Assembly: GCA_965644295.1 (NCBI GenBank)
Contig: CBFFRP010000298.1
Location: 248,001-312,000, forward strand
Origin: Paraphysomonas bandaiensis
Taxonomy: Eukaryota; Protista; Chrysophyceae
Reading direction: 5' to 3'
Length of the DNA: 64,000 nt
A program made the translations under genes and the position numbers. The stretch's first letter is position 1. Each line of letters starts with the position of its first letter. Positions 38,122-48,600 of the stretch are shown here, one piece after another. The notes beneath the pieces are model-generated. The model was not told the DNA's origin. It searched no databases and saw nothing but the letters and a program-made list of their open reading frames with translations.

Positions 38122-38633
38122 GTGCACAGGTGATGTGGGGTAGGATAGTCTTCTCACAACACTCTTCACTTAACTTCCTCTTCTTACTCTTTACTTCGCT
38201 ACTTCTTAACTTTCAACAACTACAATATCAACTTTCACTATTATATCTAAAACTCCATATCCTTCTACCTATATCCCCATAGTTAATTCTAGAAGTGGTT
38301 TCCCAGCCATAAATAGCTAGTTTTCTACTTCCAGAAATAATCATATAGAAATCCCTTAACATCCTGCTATCTACTCCTATATCATCCTACAGAATACCTA
38401 CGTATACCATCATAATACTGTACGGGTTATCATGAACGTCCGTTACATCCGTATGTACGGGTAGTTCCGGTACACTCCAACCCTATATCTAGCCTTAATA
38501 CCCGTATCTTCTAATCTAATCATAACTACCATCTACATCTCATCTCATACTACAACCTACATCACTTCATCTTATTCTTCAGCCATAACAACCTCCTAAA
38601 TCACCCATACTTGTCATACCCAATTTTGCTACA
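38053..38633 (-). repeat. 5' LTR (581 bp)
   Basis: Followed on the minus strand by CT and then the TGG-initiated PBS. Confidence 0.97.
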
Positions 38634-39071
38634 TAACTTATAATCTCAGCATAGAGTGAAAGTATTGTTCAGTTATGTTTTTCTAACATAAATAATTTCT
38701 ATGTGCAACTGACATGAATAAGTTGTAAAGTAAAATAGCTGATACCAGTAACTAAGCACAGTACAAAAAAATTAAAACTCTGATAATCATAATTGATCAT
38801 GCATTCTAATATGTGAAATTGGTTAACAACACTCCTTACGTCATAGTGAGGAGGCCAATTTCAACATTCCAACCACTATAACTGTCGTTAGTTCGGTAAG
38901 CCGTGAGAAGGCATAAATAATGAAAACTAGTTTGTTGTTTTACTGAAGTACCATACATACATAGATACATAGCACACTAAAGTTTCTTGAGAAAACATAT
39001 ATATGAAGGAGATGAACACATAACAGCAGTAATTTTCAAAATCACAGACGCTGCCTGCCCATGGTATGCTA

Positions 39072-40151
39072 CTACGGCTCAAGGTCACTATGAAGCTTAT
39101 TCGTCAGGTCTTTGTTTCCAAGTTGCAGTGTGCAGGTGACTGGTAGGTGGTCGCTCCCGTATTCTCGGAGCGCCCATTCACTTCTGGCGGCCGCCTGTCT
39201 GGTCTGAAAAACCATCACAAGAGCAAGCATCAGTGTTACTGGTAACAATAACAACAATAAAATAACCAATACTGCTTTTCGCCAAGCAGATGGTAAAACC
39301 GACTCCTTTAACCAACCAAACGTGGTGTGTACAGGAAGTGTACCGATTACGTAAGGAAGGGGACACTCCGGCACATCCGTGCCAGTTGTTTTCACAGCAG
39401 TGGTCGCAAATATATGATCAATACGTGCCGACCCAGGCTTACCATATACACTAGCTGTTGTAATATTCTTGAAACCCTCGAAGCAGCAGGTAAAAGTATG
39501 CTTTGACTGAATATGGGATAAAGCATGCGATCTCAGTTCCAGATTAAAATCTCCGCCCCAAATTACTACAGGATCGGTGTCGTCACTACCCTTTATATTA
39601 ACCAAATCATTTACCAGCTTCTGGTGTAAATATAGCATTTGTCGACCAGCTAACGTAGTGCTATCAGCATCTGCATGCGTGCACACAAATGTCACCCGCC
39701 GCTTCCATTTCGTGCTATAGCAGTGTGCCAGCAATGAGAAATTCCCTCGTGAATATTCAGGCACCGCTTGACCATCATCTGGATCAATGCACACTTGTTC
39801 AAAGGTAACCTCAGTAAACTCTGACTTAGACAGCATTATACAGAGACCATTCTCTCTCGGCTCAAAGTTGGTGGAGGAAGTTAACCAGTTGGACCACAGT
39901 TTAGCTGGAAATGGAGCGAAATGGATTGTATACTTCTCATCTAATTCCTGTGTAGTGCCTCGCATATTTTCCAATGATTCTGCTTCTACTTCCTCCATCA
40001 TAACAGCATCAGAGCTCAATTCCAATAATCTATCAGCCACAATTCGATTTCTAGCAGAGGGATCGAGAAGAGGAAGGGACCCGGATGTGTAGAGTTCGGG
40101 ACTTGCCCAAACTGGGGCAAGGATATTAAATGCTGTTACTTTTAAGGACAT
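39072..40151 (-). CDS. Endonuclease/exonuclease/phosphatase (EEP) family protein, intronless, with hydrophobic insert
   Basis: VTAFNILAP, VMMEEV, VCTHAD, IWGGDFN, RIDHIF, YGSDHLPV. Confidence 0.9.
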   Translation of the reverse strand: MSLKVTAFNILAPVWASPELYTSGSLPLLDPSARNRIVADRLLELSSDAVMMEEVEAESLENMRGTTQELDEKYTIHFAPFPAKLWSNWLTSSTNFEPRENGLCIMLSKSEFTEVTFEQVCIDPDDGQAVPEYSRGNFSLLAHCYSTKWKRRVTFVCTHADADSTTLAGRQMLYLHQKLVNDLVNIKGSDDTDPVVIWGGDFNLELRSHALSHIQSKHTFTCCFEGFKNITTASVYGKPGSARIDHIFATTAVKTTGTDVPECPLPYVIGTLPVHTTFGWLKESVLPSAWRKAVLVILLLLLLPVTLMLALVMVFQTRQAAARSEWALREYGSDHLPVTCTLQLGNKDLTNKLHSDLEP

Positions 40152-40564
40152 ATCAGAAAGGACAAGTCAAGGATTTATATATGGGTTCAGGAGGAACTTG
40201 ATATCCTTTAGCTGTGTGGGTATACATAGAGGGGTCACAGTGCAAGTGTGTGTGTGTGTTTTTTTGGTGATATGTGAGTATGCCGGTACTCTGTATACCG
40301 GTATACCGTACGAAGTATATTGTACAATTCAGTGGTTTTCATGGACACATGGGTGGGCATATTTTTTGGAAAAACACGGACAAAAACTACTCAATTCATA
40401 AAAATCTGGATATTTCTCAGTTTGTGGCTACTAAAAAATTGCCAATTGAACCTTTTCTCGGCACGTTTTTCTTTCCAAATGCAGTGCTGATTTTAAGGGC
40501 GATGAAAGATCACACACTTTAGATCCAGTCCATGGTATCAATCATCTTCCTCTGGCTATAGAAT

Positions 40565-41702
40565 ATGGTAGCAATGCAATCATATCGTATATCTCTTTGG
40601 CGTCTATGTGGAATATGTTATATCGCATGTTTGGTTCGATCTCTGTTGATCCCACTTTCGTTTGAGATTGTTCGATATATATGGAAGAACCCCAATTACA
40701 CCAGCGCTCACTGTCTAATGAAACTTGTGAACGAAACAGATCCTACTCACTTTGGTTCTCACTTATTTTATCAGGATTTGGTGTATGATGACGAGTGTGA
40801 TATTGAGCAGTATGTGCTCGATCAGTACTCTCATAACGAATACCGATATCTCAATTCATTTTTCTTAGCTCTGGCTATCGCTGGTATTGTGTCAGCTGTG
40901 TCAGACTGGAGGAATGTTTTATCTTATAAGTTTTTGGGAGTTTTGTTCGCTGGATACCAGTTATCACAGTTGCATCACTGCTTCTCTCATTTTGGTCAAG
41001 ATATATCGTTTTTTGCAGGTAATATTCTACACCACTCTAATACCTCTAGATACATAGATCAGAGCAATGCTTCGTTCGTTGATAACGTGCCACAAGGTTT
41101 TGCACTCACAATCATAATAACTGTTACTTGGGCCTGCATTGTGAGGGCTCTTTTGCCGGCATATGATCCTATACTTTCAAAACACATCAGTTGGAGAACA
41201 CTGTTCTTCTCTAACGTTATATGTGGGTTTCTAGTGGCTTATCAGGTATAATACTAACTGTATATAGTAGTGATGTATTGTTGTTGTTTTGGGTAGAATG
41301 CTGTTTGTGCGCTGATATTCTGACTTTTCGTAGGTGAAGGTGGCACATCCGGAGCTTCATCGCGTTGCGAATGAGCAAATGTCTTCGGCCTTGCCTTTCT
41401 CCTGGGAATACACAGCATACCGTCATGTATACGGTCATCATACCACCGGGGAGTGGTTTGGTCCCCACCCTCTCATCGATCCCTGCTTTTCAGTTGCCTT
41501 GCGACTGTATGCCTACCTACACAATACAGTTCTTGGATTGCAGCTCCATACCCTTCCTCACTACATATTTGCTGTTGGGTTCGATTCGGTGTTAAGCATG
41601 GTGGTAGTATGTTGCATATGGGCAACACTGAGACTAGTTGCATTATTTCTTGAGGCCGTAGAGAGGTGCCTACCCAAAAGTATTGGTTTGAAAGAGGCGT
41701 AG
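40565..41702 (+). CDS. His-box membrane protein, possible TMEM189/CarF/FAD4-type lipid desaturase; exons 40565-41245 and 41334-41702
   Basis: Multiple TM helices with His clusters QLHHCFSH, ILHH, AHPELH and RHVYGHH. Confidence 0.55.
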
Positions 41703-42017
41703 ATATGTTGGCGTGTATACGTTCTGGTCGTGCCATAATGCCTGAAAATAAATGTAGGACTAGCACTATTGAAATTATTGCTACTTACAGTTTTTGTGCA
41801 CGTATTCAGATGTAAGTTATAAAATAAAATTTAAATCAACCTTGGTGACAAGCACTGTGGCTTGTACTATATACTCTATAATGTATATCCTTTTTGTCTT
41901 CGTCAATGCTGAATGCTTAACTCCGCAGTGCATACTGCTGCTATTAAGTTATACTAATAGCGATAATATTAGGCCATCGTCACCAACCAATAAAACTATC
42001 ACCCAGTTCAATATTTA

Positions 42018-42142
42018 CGGGAAATATTATTCAACCTAGTCAAATTGGTTGAATTATCTAGTCACACTCTTTTTGGTGGAATAACCTAGTCAAAGTAATA
42101 AATGATTCAACCTAGTCATTTTTTAGTTATAAACCTAGTCAT
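42018..42142 (+). repeat. Probable DNA-transposon terminus with AACCTAGTCA subterminal repeats
   Basis: Five (ac)ctagtca motifs follow gggaaatattattcaacctagtcaaa. A reverse-complement-like terminus lies at 53025-53050. Confidence 0.55.
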
Positions 42143-42499
42143 AAAATGTACTCGCATATAACTAAGCATTAAAAAACGATGAAGTCACACAGCAGGTAAA
42201 GTGAAACCAACGCAGCATAGATCAGGTCAAAGCAGAGTTAGAGTATAGAAAAAGAGATATTTCATAGTAGCATAGACAGAACTCCACCGCTCAAGTAGCA
42301 TAAACAGGCATAATCTCTTCTTCGTTCTCTGAACAGAATATCCATATATTTCTTCAAGTTCCTAAATTTCGTTAAAGTTTAAAGTTGTTGGTGTAAAATT
42401 CTGTTGGTAATCTTGTAAAGTTTGACTTTATACGAGAAGTATTAACTCGTACTCGATGCTGAGAATTATAAATTGTAAACAATATCTCTTATCATTCAC

Positions 42500-42725
42500 C
42501 AATTTCATGTTGTCTCTACGTCACTGCCACCACTCATTTCTCGTACGATCTTACTTCGTCACAACTACTTGCATCGTCACTATATTCATATCCCGTTTTA
42601 CTACTATATATACTTATATATTCTCACAGTACGATTAATAAGAGTACAATTGTATGCTACTGAAATTTAAATAACTTATTACTACAGCTTTCAATTGCTC
42701 TCATATAGTAGAACTCAACAATGTC
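42500..42725 (-). repeat. Family-B repeat, reverse orientation
   Basis: The reverse complements of tcatttctcgtacgatcttac and acagctttcaattgctctca..tagtagaactcaaca match 33619-33650 and 33781-33815. Confidence 0.65.
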
Positions 42726-43222
42726 ATGCATTTTGTTGTATCTACAAATTAAGAAGATGATTTTACCATTGAAAAGGCCCTTTAAAAAATTGTTTTCCGC
42801 AGAAGCTAGCCTATGCATCACTTAGGTAGTGGTGATATGAGATATGAGATGTGACACATGAAGGGGAATATTTGTACTGATTTCAACGGGCACTACAGCA
42901 GTGTGTGGGTCGGGAATCGATGTTGTAGATAATAAGTAATAGAACATGTATGTGTAATTATTTCAACTTATAAAAATAGTATAGAGTATAGAGTTGTGCA
43001 GTCAGTTGGTCTTCAATAAATTAAATCCGTTCATCCCAAACCTTGACATTATAAATCCCAAACGGTAATAGGGCGTTATTTGAGCAGTAAGTTTAGTCAC
43101 ATTTGAGAAGGAAATTGTACATAGTAGCTCTTGAAATCCAAACTCATTGTGCCAGTTCTGTTATGTGTCAAAAGCAAGATTAATATTTATTTAGAAGTAT
43201 ATAATGTAATAGTATATATATT

Positions 43223-43515
43223 ATACTGAAAGTCTTGTTATTTTGCAATAGGCGTTAAGAACCTGCACCAATGTAGTGGTTAGTTGAATGCTAGACATAT
43301 CATTTAGACCTCTACCCATAACTAATCAGCACAAATTCTATTATCCTACTATTTAGCGCTACTGATGCTGCTTGTGCGTCGCCGCAAGCACCAAGGTGCG
43401 ACCACTTCCGTTCTTAAGGTTGATTGAGAGTTTCGCCCTGATCGTGTGTTCTAGGACTCACTGGCGCGTGTTGACAGGGGTCTCCCCTTGGGGTGAGATT
43501 CTACCAGGCTCTGAG
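43223..43515 (-). mobile_element. Family A copy 2, flanked by 62-bp direct repeats (43153-43214 and 43519-43580)
   Basis: Reverse complement of 25495-25785. The flanking repeats differ at one base. Confidence 0.85.
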
Positions 43516-44374
43516 TTACAGTTCTGTTATGTGTCAAAGGCAAGATTAATATTTATTTAGAAGTATATAATGTAATAGTAAGCAAGATAATTACAGTAGA
43601 GAGATTCAGTCACGATAACTATTAACTATATAATATGTCACTCTTTATGCTCTACGCTTAATTTGTGAGCACATAATAATAAGGTTTTGCATGGATATGC
43701 TGTGAAGTATTTACATGTTGCTCCGGGACATGTTGCGGTCCAGTATTTATATGCAAAGAGATCTTGACTATATAATATTTAACTGATACGTAATCAATAA
43801 TAAGGTCTCAGTGTATGACAGTTTTGTGCTATACTCACACTAGAAATAGTAATAGACATGTACCACTTGTAAATAAAAAGCGAGACACTACTTAACAGTA
43901 GACTGATTGCTCACACTGTTCCCCCACGTTTCTCTGAAGGCAAATAACTCGACAGTCGACAGGAGGTGTCTGAGCATCACGGCCGAGATTTTCTTCAAAA
44001 ATAACGGCGTGGTAGCAGCCAAAAACTACTCTTACACATTCTTGAAAAATAGTACACTCTCTAGTGCACCTATATACAGTAGACAACAGCAAGGTAGTAG
44101 AGAAATTACGTTAGAACCGTTACCACAGTATCAGTCATAGTGACTCTAATAACAAGGTGACATTATTATGGCAATTGAAATGACTTATGATCACTGGAAC
44201 TGTTCGCAAATCAAACAACCTGCTATACTGTGCAAACTATGGGCATGAGAGCAGCTGGAGACATACTAGAAAAAGATCAAACACTAATTTTCATCAGGTT
44301 AAATGCCATTGGACACCGTTCAGAAGAGTATAACAGCATGCCATTGACCTTAAACGCATTGGCGATGAATTGAT

Positions 44375-45051
44375 CTATATCTGCGAGAATAAATAAGAAC
44401 AATACATGTTTGAATCAGCAAATTAGGAATGTAGTACATATCGACATACCTCGTCGAAGTCGAATCCCATATCCTCTTCCTCTTCCCCACCATCCATTGC
44501 CATATCAATGGCTGTCTGATTGATCTTGGCGGTTGCAGGAAGCTCTCCATATGACTGAAGATTACGAGCCTCCTCGGTGGTATATTTGTGAATAATATCG
44601 GCTTTGCCTTCTTGAAACTCTCTTAAACCGACCAATACAATGTCGCCCTGAATCATGAAAATATACCAATACAATTAAAATTTAAACGATCAATAAAACA
44701 CATACTCTATGTATAAAAGTTAAAACTCACCGTATTAATCCATACTCTTCTTCTCATGGTGCCACGAATAAGACCTTGTCTGGAGACACCATCATAGCAC
44801 TGCAGTTGGACACGTCCTCCACCCAACATACGAACAACTTGAGCATATGCTAAGAAAAATACATATCAAGCTATGTTCCGCTCAATAATGAACACATACC
44901 CTGACCAAACTCTTTGAATAGAAGGTCTCTTCTTGTCTCTTCTAAATTTCCATTCTTTCCACGCTTCACGTTTTTACCACCCTTTCCTGTCAACATGTAT
45001 CAGAGATAACATAAGGATAGTCATCATTAATACACCTTTATTCTTCGGCAT
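44375..45051 (-). CDS. EIF1A: Eukaryotic translation initiation factor 1A (5 exons)
   Basis: [17 protein letters not shown]...[21 protein letters not shown]...[60 protein letters not shown]...FDFDEI*. Confidence 0.97.
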
Positions 45052-45697
45052 GATGAATGTGTTTAATAGATATCTACTTTGCTAAATATAATACTTAACA
45101 CTGACTATATATATATGTATGTATGTATATACGCAGACTGGAAGAGGGAGACGATGGCTCGTTGCCCTACATACACACGATGGGCTTCTTGTGGTGGTGA
45201 TAACAATATGTTCCGGAATTGTACGTACCGGAACGGTTGTCAAATGCTATGAAATGATGGTAATTTTCCTGCCATACAGTGCTGTATACGACTGTATACT
45301 CAGAGGTATACGTGTAGGTGGACATATTTTTGTGAGTAAAGAGAACGTGTACAGTCAATATTAGCCTATCATATAAAAATCATATCAATCAATTGGATGA
45401 AATAAAGAGGGGTGGGAGAAAAAGGGTTGGAAAACCCGTACTTGCATACTGCTGTGTACATACCGTACAGCTGCTCTGTATATTAGCATATAGCTATACG
45501 CGTAGATGTCCATATAAAAAGTCGTTGATATCTACATGTCTATGTATATGTATGTATGGTATCACTCTCTGAGTATATATAGAGGGGTATTAACCAAACT
45601 TTGAATGAGGTTTACTTTAAACAGATCCATAACACTATAAATCTAAATTAATCTAAAGAGATATGTTATAGTATTGATTTGTAGTGGGAGATATACA

Positions 45698-48600
45698 ATG
45701 GAAGATAGAAATTATCAGCCTGGAAGACGTAAATCATCCATTGCGAGGTTCTTCGGTCTATCTGAACCACCAAAAGAGAGAGAGGATGAGATGTCTCGTC
45801 GTCTAACAGCAGAAGCTAAACTGGATGGTATATATGAGTGTCCTGAATCTGCTATTGGAATGGATGAGGAGCCATATAATAACAACGAAACAGATATGAA
45901 TGATGAGGAAACTGATTCCCCGTCGAAGCCTGTTGTCAAACGAACGATGTATTCTAGAAATACGAAACAAGGTACAATATTTTCTTCGAATCCAATTGCT
46001 ACGACTGTTCCATTTGACAAAATGATCAAGAAAGAACGGATTGAATTCATTATATGTCTCTTCGTGGTCGCTCTCTGTGGTCCGCTTGTGTTTCGTTATG
46101 CGATGGGCTCTGATCAAGCGGAAAATGATTCCACTGCAGATACCCAGTGGGGTTCCAGGCTTGATGTGGTTGAATGGGTGATACTGTTGGCAATATTTTT
46201 TGATATGGTGAACTCGTTGTTTCGTGGACTACCGATGCTGAGTGGCCGGCCAACTGACCTTGCCTCTAGTCGTACATGTATAGTGGACGGTACTGCAGTG
46301 CTGGGTCTCTGTTCTCCATTTGTTTCCGAAGATGATGCAATTCTCCTTCGCTCGTTATTGGGTCGGACATGCACTGCCTTCCATACGTGTGGAGGAAGAC
46401 ATAATATTCGCGGTTTATATGTGGACACTATTCTCAATGAGAAGCGATACAAAGGCGAAGAGAACCGCAAAAAGCTGTGGTTCGCCTGGATGAGATTTCT
46501 CACGGAGTTAATTAATATCTGTAAGCGCGCAAAGCTGAGGGATGGGACGAACCATATACCACTCCCTAGCAAGGCACCGATTCCCTCTCCCGCTGAGAGC
46601 AATGGCACCAATCGCGCTCAATGTCCTCCAACCCCCACGTCCATTCCTCCAACACCCACTGGTCCTTGTGGTAAGCAGAATGGTGATAGGACTTCATACG
46701 CCTATCCAGTGTCGTACAGCCTTGTTGAAAATCAAATGAGCGTTGGAGATGATGAGTTTGCTGGATGGGATGAAACATTTAAACAGTCTGAATTTGAGGT
46801 GTATTGTGACCCAGACAATATTCGTATTAGCCGTGTCGGAATGATCTCCATAAGTTCACAGGCCGATAGAGGTGCAAACCAAAGTCCTTCTAGCATGTGT
46901 GATAGGGAAAGTAAGGCAAGCATTTCTGCATTTGAGTACAGTCGACCACGTGGAACATCTGTTGATGAAGTCTCTGCTGCGAGACCACGTAGTGTTAGTG
47001 TAGAGAACTCTTTCCGTAGTTTTAGTGTTTTTTCTGAAGCACTACTAGCGCAGCGGAGAAGTATGAGTATGGAGTCAACCACTCTGCCAGAAGGCTTTGC
47101 GTTATCAAATCCGCCGCATGTAAGGGGTGGGCAGGATAAAACTGGTCCTATGAATATGCATAGCAGTACCCGTGCCAGTCCACGATGTAGCCCTAGGTCC
47201 TCACCTAGATTTCAGATGGTGCGTCACTCTTCTGCTCCTGCTGGTGTGCTGCTCCCGCGGGTTCCGGAAGGAAATGAGGACGAGTTGTCAGCATCAAGCC
47301 CACCTCGTCCAATTCGAACCGATGAGTCTCGCGTCAGTGATCTCTCTGATGATAATTTCAATGAGTCCGAGAAGCCAAGTACAGATGAGTCAGATGTTCA
47401 GAAGTATAAATATTTGACGCAGACATCAATGGTTTCAGTAGATTTGAACGACAGTGAGAATAATGGAGAGCCGGAAATTAAAGAAGAGAGTGACTCGTCA
47501 CGCCAATCTGCTGTGAATGATGTGAGTAGTTAAAAATATGACGACCATAACTACTACTATTGCCTGCATTAAACCTACATGCATTGATATGCAATGCCTA
47601 TACTCTTCTGCGCTAGTCTAGCATTTTAAAGTAATAGTACTACTCATAGGTAAGTAGCGGAGGTGAAACGTTTTCGGCTTCGCGAGAGTACTTGACCGGG
47701 AACACTCTTGTCATTGACCTGGTTGACATTGTTCCAATGATTGGATTTCTCAAAGCGTGGCTTAACGTTATTAAGGATAGAGAATGGACGTATGATTACA
47801 CGAACAAAAGGTATACCTAAACAGGGAATAATATTAGAACTGTAAATTTTCGTGAAATGTAATTTATCATTTGTACCCGCTTGGTTATTCATATTTCCAT
47901 GCTTGTCTAAAGAATACATTTTTTGCAGCGATGCACTGGAGCGAATTTTTCTGGCTGCTCCTTTCATAGATTTCTTTCCGGAGGAAGATATTTTGGAAGT
48001 TCACCATCACTTGAGGAATTTGTATGATGCATTTACTGAGTCGCCTCTGGCAGATGGTGTGGATAAGAAAGAACCTTTGTTTCATGACGATTTGACAGAG
48101 ATAAAGTGGTTAATCCGGCGATATGGGCTGCCTGATTGGGATTTGTCATGGAGGTATGTGTAGGTGCCACAGTGTTTATGGGGGTTCAGTTGTATTCGAA
48201 GTGTATTCTCTAATAAGTGTGTAGTCTTTTTAGTCGAGCACGTCTTCGTCCTCTGCCCAAGGACTGCTTTAGGCAAGACGAGGGCCCTCCTCCTGTTTTT
48301 GAATCTACACGGATAAAGCCTGGGTCGATTGTGTGCGCAGTAGCTGACCCTGATGGTGACCCTTCTCAGTATCCAAAAGACTGGTTCAAAGCCAGGTGTG
48401 TACAGTGGTTTATATCATTAGTTATCGTGCTCATTTTGAATCACTTGCTTTACAGGAACAGCACTTACAAAGTAACTCGGTTGGCACACACCAATAATGG
48501 AAACTTTGTATATTTAAAACGCTTTCCGCCGACAGATTTTGATACGAGCGCTCTAAATCGTCTTGAAGATGGGTACGATATATTACTACGTTGCGGACAG

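Larger units (their letters stand above)
34053..38633 (-). mobile_element. Complete non-autonomous LTR retroelement encoding Gag and protease only (4581 bp)
   Basis: Two TG...CA LTRs, TAAC TSD (34049-52 and 38634-37), PBS TGGTGGACAACGTGGG (38050-38035), PPT AGGGGGAAG (34644-34636), single ORF. Confidence 0.95.
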
